The position numbers and the translations under genes were made by a program. The notes beneath the pieces were generated by a model that made no database searches, was not told where the DNA came from, and worked only from the letters and a program-made list of their open reading frames with translations. A DNA stretch of 33,779 nucleotides, from the IMG/VR virus record IMGVR_UViG_3300032212_000105, positions 1-33,779 of that record. The stretch is one strand, 5' to 3'. Source of the stretch: a virus. Lineage: Duplodnaviria; Caudoviricetes. Shown here in pieces: positions 1-8,267 of the stretch. Each line of letters begins with the position of its first letter. Within the stretch, counting starts at the first letter, position 1.

Positions 1-278
1 TAGAAAGATGGGATGAACTAGAGCAAAAACAGGCTGAAACACCTGAGCAACTAATGGCCCGCGCGTTAATCTCTGCTCAATCTGTGATAGATGATAAAAG
101 CCGCCAACTAGAACAAGCAAAGCCAGCCATTGAGCTGCATGAAACGATTGTTAATGATGATCACACTTTATGCATGAGAGATGCCGCCAAGAAATTACAG
201 GTTAAACCTAACAAGTTTATGGAATGGCTACGACAAGCCAAATACATAACGGCCAGCAATATGGCATATCAATCTAAA
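1..278. repeat. Terminal direct repeat, copy 1 (circular overlap)
   Basis: Matches 33502-33779 except for 6 substitutions at 128, 134, 155, 164, 167 and 168. Confidence 0.97.
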
Positions 279-434
279 ATAGATGCGGGCTATATGGTTT
301 TAAGCACCACTGAACACAACGGCAAGCCGCGCACCAGCACCAGAATAACAGGCAAGGGGTTTGCCCACTTTGGTAAAAAGATGGCTGAATTAAGGTTCTC
401 GAATCCTAGCCACGATGTATTTTATAAGGGGTAA
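1..434 (+). CDS. C-terminal part (ANT/KilAC domain) of Rha-family antirepressor spanning the circular junction
   Basis: In frame with the ORF from 33255 through the repeat; AKPAIELHETIV..TLCMRDAAKKL..KFMEWLRQ..TRITGKG resembles the ANT/KilAC domain. Confidence 0.85.
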   Translation, partial: ERWDELEQKQAETPEQLMARALISAQSVIDDKSRQLEQAKPAIELHETIVNDDHTLCMRDAAKKLQVKPNKFMEWLRQAKYITASNMAYQSKIDAGYMVLSTTEHNGKPRTSTRITGKGFAHFGKKMAELRFSNPSHDVFYKG

Positions 435-437
435 AGC

Positions 438-623
438 ATGAAATTAGATGGAGATAAGCTGTTAAAAGATATTGTTTCGGCTAGAGCTAAGCTGGTTAAA
501 GAAGGCAAAGATCATAAACGCAATAAAAATGGACTTGCCGCAATGGCATGTCTTGATCAAGCAATAGGATTTTATGAAGTCTGGGAAATGATCGAATCAG
601 GCGATTACACAATAAGCGAGTAG
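438..623 (+). CDS. Hypothetical protein (61 aa)
   Basis: ORF directly after the antirepressor, purine-rich RBS. Confidence 0.7.
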   Translation: MKLDGDKLLKDIVSARAKLVKEGKDHKRNKNGLAAMACLDQAIGFYEVWEMIESGDYTISE

Positions 624-672
624 TAAGATACAATCCACAATCCGGCTATAGCAAGCGCCTTAAGTATTGCTA

Positions 673-709
673 AACCCTAGCCTCTGTCACCTGATACGCT
701 AGGGCTTTT
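673..709 (+). terminator. Intrinsic terminator of rightward antirepressor operon
   Basis: CCCTAGC...GCTAGGG stem followed by CTTTT. Confidence 0.6.
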
Positions 710-739
710 ATGTGTTACCATTCCTGATATGTCATACAT

Positions 740-762
740 AAAAAAGCCGCTGTTATGCGGCT
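740..762 (-). terminator. Intrinsic terminator of convergent leftward operon
   Basis: Minus strand AGCCGC-ATAACA-GCGGCT-TTTTT. Confidence 0.7.
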
Positions 763-913
763 ATAGGTCCTTATCTGCTTCTTTTGCTCTGTCGTGATCT
801 ACTTTAAATCGGTACGCATCTAATATGAATTGAGTTGTATTTGGTTTAAATAGCGCCCATATTGCTGCGACTTGGAACAAAAAATACTGCTTAAATCTAT
901 TTACTTGCTTCAT
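761..913 (-). CDS. Hypothetical protein (50 aa, not in ORF track)
   Basis: MKQVNRFKQYFLFQVAAIWALFKPN...DKDL*; starts just after the stop of 917..1144. Confidence 0.6.
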   Translation of the reverse strand: MKQVNRFKQYFLFQVAAIWALFKPNTTQFILDAYRFKVDHDRAKEADKDL

Positions 914-916
914 CAC

Positions 917-1144
917 TCACCCCTCTTTAGCTTGTTTTAGTATTTCTGATATATGGTCAAAGAATTCCTCGCTACATGAATAATTATCGCACGCGCTAGT
1001 CAATGCTAAATCCAAAGCCTCAACCAGCTTGTCGTGGTTGTTAATTGCGTGGACAGCTGCTACCGTCTCATCATAGTGGTCGGTCACAAGATTGTTTCGC
1101 CCGCGCACATCGACTGGTAATTCAAACACATCACTCATTTTCAT
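917..1144 (-). CDS. Hypothetical protein
   Basis: Coupled ORF; AVHAINNHDKLVEAL motif is common in phage accessory proteins. Confidence 0.75.
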   Translation of the reverse strand: MKMSDVFELPVDVRGRNNLVTDHYDETVAAVHAINNHDKLVEALDLALTSACDNYSCSEEFFDHISEILKQAKEG

Positions 1145-1440
1145 TATTCACTCTCCAGTTGTTTGATTAGTTCGTCAGTCATCAATATGGAAACTTCGCA
1201 ATAAGCCTTGTTTTGTTCGCTATAGTGATGACCAAAAGACTTTCCGTGTGCGCTAGACATAAAGCCCTGCAAGGCCTCACCTGCAAGATTTTGACGGCGA
1301 CTCTTGCGTATTAGGTCGTCTAGCTCTACATCTCCGCTCTCAGGGATTAATAGGGATATACAAGCTTGTTCTCGCTTAGTTAATCCGTCCTCACAAGCTA
1401 CGCCTGTAATTGGCATGGCTGCATCGTCTAAATTACTCAT
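1144..1440 (-). CDS. Hypothetical protein
   Basis: GLTKRE...ALQG motif of a common small phage protein type. Confidence 0.75.
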   Translation of the reverse strand: MSNLDDAAMPITGVACEDGLTKREQACISLLIPESGDVELDDLIRKSRRQNLAGEALQGFMSSAHGKSFGHHYSEQNKAYCEVSILMTDELIKQLESE

Positions 1441-1442
1441 TC

Positions 1443-1760
1443 TTATTTCTCGCTTATTAATTGTTTTAGTTTGTCAGTAGCAGAATAGACACCAGAATTA
1501 ATAGAAACACGCCTTAAATCGCCCGTCCTGCTGTCTTTTGCTAGTCCGTATGTTGTGGCCATTCCAACACGCTTAAGCCATCCACGGGCCTTTAACCCGC
1601 TTATGGCGTATGTAATTGATTTTACATCTCTATCAAAAAAATCGGCTATTTCATTCGTGCTTATTTCTTTGCGGGTTAGTAGTAGCATTTTAATACCTAC
1701 ACCTAGCGCGCCTTTTATTTCGTTTCTTGCCATTGCTCGAATTAGTGTAAGTTCAGTCAT
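1443..1760 (-). CDS. Putative winged-helix DNA-binding protein
   Basis: STNEIADFFDRDVKSITYAISGLKARGWLKR HTH pattern. Confidence 0.65.
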   Translation of the reverse strand: MTELTLIRAMARNEIKGALGVGIKMLLLTRKEISTNEIADFFDRDVKSITYAISGLKARGWLKRVGMATTYGLAKDSRTGDLRRVSINSGVYSATDKLKQLISEK

Positions 1761-2080
1761 TTTAAAAGCTGATATTCAGGCGAATTAAATGCGTGCTTGC
1801 AAAATCCGTTTACAGCTTTCTCTTCGTAAAAATACAGCTTCTCACCTGTTTTAACGTGTAGTAAATTTGTGAAAACCTTGCTCTTAACCGATACATCGGA
1901 AACAACATACATTCCGCAAGCATCGCCTATTTGATATTCAAGTTTTGACTTCCTTAGCTCTTGCGCCTTGTGTATCCTTTCGTTGCTTTCTATCATGGCG
2001 GTAATGAACATTACCATGGCGATAATCATAATAAAGCCAAAGCCTATCGCTATCTTTGCTGATTTACTATCCATTTTCAT
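1757..2080 (-). CDS. Hypothetical membrane-anchored protein
   Basis: N-terminal hydrophobic segment IAIGFGFIMIIAMVMFITAMI. Confidence 0.7.
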   Translation of the reverse strand: MKMDSKSAKIAIGFGFIMIIAMVMFITAMIESNERIHKAQELRKSKLEYQIGDACGMYVVSDVSVKSKVFTNLLHVKTGEKLYFYEEKAVNGFCKHAFNSPEYQLLK

Positions 2081-2133
2081 TCCTCGCTTATTCTTGCTAT
2101 AGTTAAAAAGTTCATTTCTCGCTGACTTGAGCT

Positions 2134-2168
2134 AGCCCGTCTGGAATCCTCACCGGACGGGCTTTTTT
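2134..2168 (+). terminator. Intrinsic terminator facing antisense to local genes
   Basis: AGCCCGTCTGG...CCGGACGGGCT-TTTTT. Confidence 0.6.
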
Positions 2169-2248
2169 ATTTAAATCGCACCCCTGAATCCACCTTAATA
2201 AAATACTCCCTTACTTGGTCAATACTACGCTTATGCGGGCCTCGTCCT

Positions 2249-2581
2249 TTATTGTGCTTCATGCGCCTTTTTACCCTGCTTATACTCTAGAGTTTCAGGT
2301 ACATCCTTTGACACATAAAATACCTTGTCGATCATATCTCTAGCGTCACGGGCCAACTTATAATGCCTAACCTGACCATGGTTAAAGAAAACCACCAGCT
2401 CGCGGTCTATGAGTCGCCTTAGCTGGTCCTTTACTATCGGTGGTGTGTTCTTTGTTATTGTGGCCAAATCACCACTGCCAGCACCTCCTATGTCGTATAA
2501 GGTCAGTAATAAACCTAAATTCTTAACGGATAGTCTAGGATATAGATTGCCTATTTGAATCATCTTTTCAGGTAGTGTCAT
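2249..2581 (-). CDS. Putative MarR-like winged-helix regulator, divergent from cassette array 1
   Basis: LLLTLYDIGGAGSGDLATITKNTPPIVKDQLRRLIDRELV wHTH pattern. Confidence 0.6.
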   Translation of the reverse strand: MTLPEKMIQIGNLYPRLSVKNLGLLLTLYDIGGAGSGDLATITKNTPPIVKDQLRRLIDRELVVFFNHGQVRHYKLARDARDMIDKVFYVSKDVPETLEYKQGKKAHEAQ

Positions 2582-2623
2582 TTTCTCGCCTTTTGGTTGG
2601 TTTTAAATATATTAATTAAATAG

Positions 2624-2652
2624 TTGTTTTTTGTAAATAGTTAATATAAGTT
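2624..2652 (+). promoter_or_regulatory. Candidate sigma70 promoter reading into cassette array 1
   Basis: TTGTTT-17 nt-TAAGTT in an AT-rich divergent intergenic region. Confidence 0.4.
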
Positions 2653-2666
2653 AATAGGCGTTGAGA

Positions 2667-2728
2667 GAATAACCCAATGCTTAGCTGTATTAGCAGCGCG
2701 AGTGCCTGACTAAAGTGAATTGTTATTT
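2667..2728 (-). mobile_element. attC-like site A1 (62 bp)
   Basis: Minus: AAATAAC-AATTC-ACT[T]TAG[T]CAG...CTA-AGC-ATTGG-GTTATTC; R''/R' cores, 5-nt spacers, bulges on L'' arm. Confidence 0.75.
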
Positions 2729-2963
2729 TTGGGGTGAATGAATGAGTGATAAAGTGCATCAATCAAATAAGAGCGAATATCAAATTAGAATTGATGGAAA
2801 GCCTGTTTATTTTCCGCATTCTGTTGACTCATATGCGCTAGATAAATATGCCGAACTCTGCGCTAGCAATCCTGATTGTTATGTAGATATTGTGAGTGTA
2901 AGTACTGAGATTATTTTATCTCAATTTGAATACCATCAACTTAAGCGACATTTTGAAAAATAA
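2673..2963. mobile_element. Integron-type gene cassette 1 (ORF inverted relative to attC)
   Basis: Ends GTTATTTTT (2722-2730) and AAAAATAAC (2956-2964) are complementary over 9 nt. Confidence 0.75.
2742..2963 (+). CDS. Hypothetical protein, cassette cargo
   Basis: 73 aa ORF whose TAA forms the TAAC core of site A2. Confidence 0.8.
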   Translation: MSDKVHQSNKSEYQIRIDGKPVYFPHSVDSYALDKYAELCASNPDCYVDIVSVSTEIILSQFEYHQLKRHFEK

Positions 2964-3016
2964 CCACGACATAAACGGTTGCGCTTTATGCAATCCGTTT
3001 GATGTTTTTGTTAGCT
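2958..3016 (-). mobile_element. attC-like site A2 (59 bp)
   Basis: Minus: AGCTAAC-AAAAA-CAT[C]AAACGG[A]TTGC-loop-GCAA-CCGTTT-ATG-TCGTG-GTTATTT; canonical geometry with two extrahelical bases. Confidence 0.9.
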
Positions 3017-3474
3017 GAATAATTTAATTAAGGAAAAGGAATATGGCAACACTTGGACTAGCTATCTCGATAGCAGCAGATGCATTTAAAGATACAACAG
3101 ATAAAGGCGGCAAGCCGTACATTCTTCATTGCTTGCACGTTATGAATAAATTGAAATATGAAAACGATGAAGAGCTGATGATTGTTGGTGTGTTGCATGA
3201 TCTAATTGAAGATACGTTTTATACAATCGAAGATTTAACAGAGATGGGTTTTTCTAAGCGCGTAACCACATTGATTAATTTATTAACGCATAAAGAAGGC
3301 GTTGATTATATGACGTACATTGAGCAGATAAAAAGCAACAGTGGATGTGCGGTAAAAGTAAAAATGCAAGACCTGCGACACAACAGTGACATTTTAAGAA
3401 TGAAAGGGTTGCGCGAGAAAGACTTTAAGAGGCTTGAAAAGTACCACAGAGCTTATAACTATTTAGCCAGCTAA
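2964..3474. mobile_element. Integron-type gene cassette 2 carrying HD hydrolase
   Basis: Ends GTTAGCTG (3010-3017) and CAGCTAAC (3468-3475) are complementary over 8 nt. Confidence 0.8.
3043..3474 (+). CDS. HD-domain hydrolase, small alarmone hydrolase/Mesh1-like
   Basis: DKGGKPYILHCLHV, GVLHDLIEDT and VKMQDLRHN motifs of the RelA/SpoT-type HD domain. Confidence 0.8.
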   Translation: MATLGLAISIAADAFKDTTDKGGKPYILHCLHVMNKLKYENDEELMIVGVLHDLIEDTFYTIEDLTEMGFSKRVTTLINLLTHKEGVDYMTYIEQIKSNSGCAVKVKMQDLRHNSDILRMKGLREKDFKRLEKYHRAYNYLAS

Positions 3475-3521
3475 CAAAGAGTTCAGCGGCGCGTAGCGTA
3501 CGACTGAGCGAGGTGTTATTA
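3469..3521 (-). mobile_element. attC-like site A3 (53 bp)
   Basis: Minus: TAATAAC-ACCTC-GCTCAG[T]CG[T]ACGC-TAC-GCGC-CG-CTGAAC-TCTTT-GTTAGCT. Confidence 0.8.
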
Positions 3522-3534
3522 ATGAGGATAAGAT

Positions 3535-3669
3535 ATGACATTCAAAAGAATAGGCGGCGTGTGGATAGCATGGTGCAGTGTAAATAAAGTGCCATTCGTG
3601 GCTTTCGGTCAATCTATATGGCAGGCTTCACATAAGATGAATATACAAATTAGCGAGTACTTAAAATGA
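3535..3669 (+). CDS. Hypothetical protein (44 aa, not in ORF track)
   Basis: GAGG RBS; MTFKRIGGVWIAWCSVNKVPF...EYLK*; ATGA overlap with next gene. Confidence 0.65.
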   Translation: MTFKRIGGVWIAWCSVNKVPFVAFGQSIWQASHKMNIQISEYLK

Positions 3670-3917
3670 CCTGCGGATACCCTGAAATTGCGATTATGTG
3701 TCGTGAGCTTTCAATAGTAAAGAATGGCAAATATAAGGCTGATTTTGAATACTGCTCTGATACGGATAGGCTTACTATAAGGGCTTGCAATCGAGATGAG
3801 TCCTATAGGTATGCTGACCTATTAATGCATGAGGATATCTGGCTTAGCGGCCCATCATACAACCCAGACGAGCTGCAACAATGCGGCTTAAAGCTAGCAG
3901 ACCTTTTAAAAAACTAA
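3666..3917 (+). CDS. Hypothetical protein
   Basis: Coupled ORF. Confidence 0.7.
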   Translation: MTCGYPEIAIMCRELSIVKNGKYKADFEYCSDTDRLTIRACNRDESYRYADLLMHEDIWLSGPSYNPDELQQCGLKLADLLKN

Positions 3918-3944
3918 GGCAACCACAAAAGCAAGGAAGGCAAC

Positions 3945-4148
3945 ATGATTCACCTAATAGAAGCATTACGCGAAAAACTTGAAGGGCAGCCAGTTGCTCT
4001 AGCTATTTTGGCAGAGATTAACGAAGAGATTGTGGGTCAAAATGACAGAGAGGGTATTTACAAGCGCAAGATTAAGGACTTGGAAATAGGCATGGACATG
4101 GCAACGGAAGAGTTAAGAGCTTATCAGGTGCTGTCTACTCATGAGTGA
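3945..4148 (+). CDS. Hypothetical protein
   Basis: AAGGAAGG RBS, helical ORF. Confidence 0.7.
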   Translation: MIHLIEALREKLEGQPVALAILAEINEEIVGQNDREGIYKRKIKDLEIGMDMATEELRAYQVLSTHE

Positions 4149-4314
4149 TCGCAAACAAACTATAGTTGCATGCCTTGGGGTTGCAGTACTTATCTTCTCT
4201 ATAGTATTTACTTATGAAAGAGGGTTTAAAGAAGAGCAGGTAAAGCTAACACCAAAGTATGACCAATCAGGGCAGGTAAAGAAGGCTTGTGAAAGGTTTA
4301 TAGCTGCTAATTAA
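4141..4314 (+). CDS. Small membrane-anchored protein (57 aa, not in ORF track)
   Basis: MSDRKQTIVACLGVAVLIFSIVFTY...FIAAN*; ends at site A4. Confidence 0.6.
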   Translation: MSDRKQTIVACLGVAVLIFSIVFTYERGFKEEQVKLTPKYDQSGQVKKACERFIAAN

Positions 4315-4364
4315 TTAACATAACGATACAGGGCGCTTGCGTCCCTGTGATCACCGTGTTATTT
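4313..4364 (-). mobile_element. attC-like site A4 (52 bp) at the holin stop codon
   Basis: Minus: AAATAAC-ACGGT-GAT[C]ACAGGG[A]CGC-AA-GCG-CCCTGT-ATC-GTTAT-GTTAATT; canonical geometry. Confidence 0.9.
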
Positions 4365-4742
4365 CCCGCCCTTAACATTAGCGTAACTTACACCAAAGCT
4401 TGCGCTAATGATTAACCCAAACGATGCAGATATAGGCATAAATAAATCTGTTATTTTATCTGTTACTTCAGCTACTGCGTTTTGATTCCCGCCGCTTGGG
4501 ACGTACCCAAAGAACTCTAAGGTTAATAAAAACAACGTAAGTACAAGGTATATGGTATAAAGCATCGTAACCCTATCAGATAGATTGCGGCGCATTAATC
4601 CATTAGGGTCTAGGGCTTTAACTATCAAAGCCTGAGCCTCTGCTTTTTCCTTATTTGTCTCGATCCATTCCGTGGCAATATTCTCAATAGACTTGAAAGT
4701 ACCGCCGCTGAATATACCTGCAATTGATTTAAAGAAGCTCAC
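4359..4742 (-). CDS. Putative holin
   Basis: Two hydrophobic segments, directly downstream of lysin candidate. Confidence 0.65.
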   Translation of the reverse strand: MSFFKSIAGIFSGGTFKSIENIATEWIETNKEKAEAQALIVKALDPNGLMRRNLSDRVTMLYTIYLVLTLFLLTLEFFGYVPSGGNQNAVAEVTDKITDLFMPISASFGLIISASFGVSYANVKGGK

Positions 4743-5221
4743 TTTACACCCTCATCTTTAATTGTAATAAATACTTTTTCACCTGACTTAATCGCGCCGT
4801 AAACTTTAGGGTAAAGGTCTTTATAAGCCTGTGTAGATCGGCCAATAGTCCCACCACCATTACGAGTATCAATAGTACAGCTATAGCCAATAAGAGGACA
4901 TCCGCTCGTATCGTCATCATTATTTCCTATGTGCAGATAACAATAAGTAAAATTAGGCACTCCTGTTATCCATAACATGCCATTATGATTTATGTCATGA
5001 TGTCTAGAGTCATACTTGTTAGCCATTGGAGAGCCTAGCCTAAGCTTAATCTCATAAGTGCCAGAAGGTATTCTAGTCTCATCCGCTACTTTTTCAGCTC
5101 GCCTTTCATCTTCGCACGTATAAGCAAACAAATACTCGTGAACACCTTCCCCAATACATAAGCGGCCAATAGTGGAATCTGTACCGCCGCTGTCTCTGTA
5201 GACGGTTAGAATCACTTCCAC
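4739..5221 (-). CDS. DUF5675-like putative endolysin
   Basis: STIGRL, TRIPSGTYEI and LHIGNNDDDTSGCPLIG (H..GC) motifs. Confidence 0.7.
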   Translation of the reverse strand: MEVILTVYRDSGGTDSTIGRLCIGEGVHEYLFAYTCEDERRAEKVADETRIPSGTYEIKLRLGSPMANKYDSRHHDINHNGMLWITGVPNFTYCYLHIGNNDDDTSGCPLIGYSCTIDTRNGGGTIGRSTQAYKDLYPKVYGAIKSGEKVFITIKDEGVK

Positions 5222-6237
5222 TTTCCTATGGCGATGTAGCCAGCCTCAGCCATGCCCGTAACTGCTGTATTTGCAAACAATCTCAAAATAACCCCTGTGT
5301 TAGTTATAGCATCTGGTGTCATCCATGCAATACGACCCGGTACACTCCCTCTTCCACCAACTTCTGGGGCAGAAATAAATGCGGATGGGAATGTCATGGT
5401 TAGCTGGTCAGAGAAATTCGTACCATCGACAACCGCTGATAAGTTAACTGCTAGGGAGATTGACCCTGTGCATATCATCACTCCATTAGGGTACTGCCAA
5501 AATTCTCCATCAGAATTTGACCCACTAGTAATATTTGAAGCCCCCCATATGTCTCCATCAGCATTTAAGGAATCAGTAATCAATACTCTGTCCGGCGTTA
5601 AGTCTGTCGGAGAGGTTTGAATATCACTATAAGCGGCAGTTCCAAGCCCTAAATCTTCTGGAAAAATCCATACTCCAGAATCATAAACTTTAAATCTATT
5701 ACTAACAGTATTCCAGTAAAGAGAACCTTCATTAGGGGGGTTGCCCTGATCATCTACCGTAGGATCACTTGAAAACGCACCAAAATATCTATTAACAAAA
5801 TCGGTATATAAAGCCCCAGTGTTTGACTCGGCAAGTTCGGCGGCAGCCTGAGCATTTATTGCCCCGGTTTCCGCTGCCATTGCATCTGAAGCTGCTTGTT
5901 GAGCGGTTGTTGCCGCATTGGCATCACTCAAATCATAGACAGGCATGTAAGAAAGTTCAGCGCCGTTATTATCCAAAACAACAATCGAATAAGTATCACT
6001 ATCGACCCCGTAAAGAACGCCGTTTGTTGTTTGATCAAATACGCCATTTGAATCTAAAGGCTGGGGGTTCTCTGCCTCTATCAATAGATTCGGATCAGTA
6101 TAGATTGTTTTAAGAGTTGCCGGATTATCAGCATCTGGCTTGACATTTGCCACGCCAAATACAACCGACCCACCGGAAACAAACTTTCCATTAGCTATTA
6201 CTGCGTAATTAATTGGTGCTGTTATAATGTCAGCCAT
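5212..6237 (-). CDS. Tail fibre with P22 tailspike-like head-binding N-terminus and gp53-like C-terminus
   Basis: MADIIT..NGKFVSGGSVVFG..NPQPLDSNG; Ala-rich linker; EGSLYWNT; WQYPNGVMICTG..TFPSAFISAP. Confidence 0.7.
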   Translation of the reverse strand: MADIITAPINYAVIANGKFVSGGSVVFGVANVKPDADNPATLKTIYTDPNLLIEAENPQPLDSNGVFDQTTNGVLYGVDSDTYSIVVLDNNGAELSYMPVYDLSDANAATTAQQAASDAMAAETGAINAQAAAELAESNTGALYTDFVNRYFGAFSSDPTVDDQGNPPNEGSLYWNTVSNRFKVYDSGVWIFPEDLGLGTAAYSDIQTSPTDLTPDRVLITDSLNADGDIWGASNITSGSNSDGEFWQYPNGVMICTGSISLAVNLSAVVDGTNFSDQLTMTFPSAFISAPEVGGRGSVPGRIAWMTPDAITNTGVILRLFANTAVTGMAEAGYIAIGKWK

Positions 6238-8267
6238 TATTCCTCCTCTGCAACAGCGCTGGTTGATGCTCCAGCACCTGCCGCTAACGCCGTTCTAGTT
6301 GGTGAAAGTGTTGTTATGTCTTTTAATTTTGGAGATGCTTTTAATACAGCTCTATTATTAGAATCCAGCGTTACCGTATCAATAATAGCTCTAAATAAAG
6401 GGTTGTCTCTAACTTGATCTGTAAGTGTTTTCACAGCTTGCGCGCTTGGGCCAAGCCCTTGCTGAGTCCCTCTTACTGGCTCTCGAAGCCTTGAAACCTT
6501 AATCAAGTCCTTGAGGAATTTATTTTCCTCTGGCGAAAATAAGACCTTCAGTTTATTTTCTCCAATTGAGCTTATTGCTCGCTCAAGCTTATCCCTACTC
6601 AATGCTTTAAGGCCTTGAGCGTCCTCTGGTCCTATAAAGGCTTTATCTTTTATCTTTTGAAGAGTATCCGCTCTAAGGTCGTTAAAAGCCTGCTCTCCAG
6701 TCTCGCTAGTTGATATATAGTCTTTCAGTTGCTTTAGATCATCTGCGCGCCAAGACTTACCAAAAACAACCTTATCGGTCATCTGGTCAGGGTCTATCTT
6801 ATTCTCTAATACATCTCTAACTATATTATTCTTCCTGCTGTCGAACTTTGACACTTTAGCTCTTGCAAGTTCTTTCTCAAAATTACTTTTTGCCTGTCTA
6901 GCTTGCTTATACACATCCTCCCCGGCCGCTCTAAATACATCATCATCTAAAGCACTCTTAAGGTCTCTTAAGACTGAATTACCATACGAGTTAGAAGGAT
7001 CATAAAGCTCATTCATGAGCTTTCTAACATCTTCAGCAGTGTCATTGTCTATCCGGCCTTTTACCTTCATGTTTTTATCAAGCACACCTTTTGATTGAAG
7101 GTCGCCAACTACGGCCTCTATATTGCCTCCTGTCCTTCTATTTGCTGGCGCAAGCTCCTTTAGCTTTTCGGATAAAGAGTTAAATTTAATATTTTTTTCA
7201 TCTGGCGACGCATCTCTGGCAATCTTATATAGGTTGGTTATTTCCCTATCTAAGGAGGTAGCCTTGTCTGCAACGGCGTCTATCACCGTGTTTGTATCTG
7301 TTGATAAATCACCACTAGACCCTCTTATAACACTATCAAACCTAGTTGATAGAACCTGTTCTTGACCTTCAATCACATCCCTAACTGCTCCAGATGTTTT
7401 AGCCGCTTCTTGCTGCGCCTGAAAATCTGCTGCATCCCTTGTAACTTGTGCTCTTGTTGGCTCAATCCCTTGAGACCTTAAAAATGACTGTCTTGCCAGT
7501 TGATTAGGGTCAATACTTCCAGCCGGAACACCAGACTCCTCTAGCACATCAGCATAGGTAATACCTGATCCATCCAAGGCATCTTGAAACTCTTTTGTAG
7601 GAATTCCAGCATCATCAACTATGTTTGTCTTTGGGCTTTTCCCCGTCAATCTACGAAAAAGCTTACTGCTAGTGCGACGCAGGCTAGGCAAGCCCAACTC
7701 AAGAGCACCGCCTGTAATAGCGCCCAAGCTCGCCGCCCCAATTGCTTCCAAAGGGGTTGCCCCTTCTCCTCTTGCAATAACTCCACTCTCACCCCCTGCT
7801 AGTCCGCCCGTAAGTGCGACTCTTCCTGCCGCCGATTTAATTGGGATTGATCCAAGCCCAACACCAAGGGGAACGAACGGCGCCGATTCCCCAAGTATTT
7901 CCCCCCCCTTTGCTGCCAAAGGGTTAAGCTCTGCTAGCTTACCATATGACTCACGCTCACTCTCGCTGGGCTGGTCAGCAATACCTAGACCCCTGCCAAC
8001 GGTTGTAAAACCTTTGCCCATTCCTATTAAAAATGCCTCTGGACCACTAATACCCTCTAGGATTTCGCGCTGCTCTGGCGGCATGGATGACAAAATTCTC
8101 TCACGCTCACTCAGTTGGCTTTCTCTGATTTCTAAAGCTTTTCGCGCTCTTGGTGATGCCCCTCTAGGCTTATCCTTAGGAACCTCAACTTCTAAAGAGG
8201 CGCTGTCAATAAATAGGTTTCGCCCATCAGAAGAAACAGACTCCTCTGAGAATAGATTTCTAGCCAT
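6237..8267 (-). CDS. DNA ejection/internal virion protein
   Basis: 676 aa, Gly/Ala-rich hydrophobic segment, third gene in the P22-like ejection-gene position. Confidence 0.6.
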   Translation of the reverse strand: MARNLFSEESVSSDGRNLFIDSASLEVEVPKDKPRGASPRARKALEIRESQLSERERILSSMPPEQREILEGISGPEAFLIGMGKGFTTVGRGLGIADQPSESERESYGKLAELNPLAAKGGEILGESAPFVPLGVGLGSIPIKSAAGRVALTGGLAGGESGVIARGEGATPLEAIGAASLGAITGGALELGLPSLRRTSSKLFRRLTGKSPKTNIVDDAGIPTKEFQDALDGSGITYADVLEESGVPAGSIDPNQLARQSFLRSQGIEPTRAQVTRDAADFQAQQEAAKTSGAVRDVIEGQEQVLSTRFDSVIRGSSGDLSTDTNTVIDAVADKATSLDREITNLYKIARDASPDEKNIKFNSLSEKLKELAPANRRTGGNIEAVVGDLQSKGVLDKNMKVKGRIDNDTAEDVRKLMNELYDPSNSYGNSVLRDLKSALDDDVFRAAGEDVYKQARQAKSNFEKELARAKVSKFDSRKNNIVRDVLENKIDPDQMTDKVVFGKSWRADDLKQLKDYISTSETGEQAFNDLRADTLQKIKDKAFIGPEDAQGLKALSRDKLERAISSIGENKLKVLFSPEENKFLKDLIKVSRLREPVRGTQQGLGPSAQAVKTLTDQVRDNPLFRAIIDTVTLDSNNRAVLKASPKLKDITTLSPTRTALAAGAGASTSAVAEEE

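Noticed and set aside
1-278. Terminal repeat pair as a DGR template/variable repeat
   Set aside because: Differences are synonymous and not adenine-specific, and no reverse transcriptase is present.
2667-4364. Repeated hairpins as a CRISPR array, REP elements or simple terminators
   Set aside because: Sites differ in sequence, flank whole genes, mostly lack a U-tract directly after the stem and REP tetranucleotides, and share attC core and bulge geometry.
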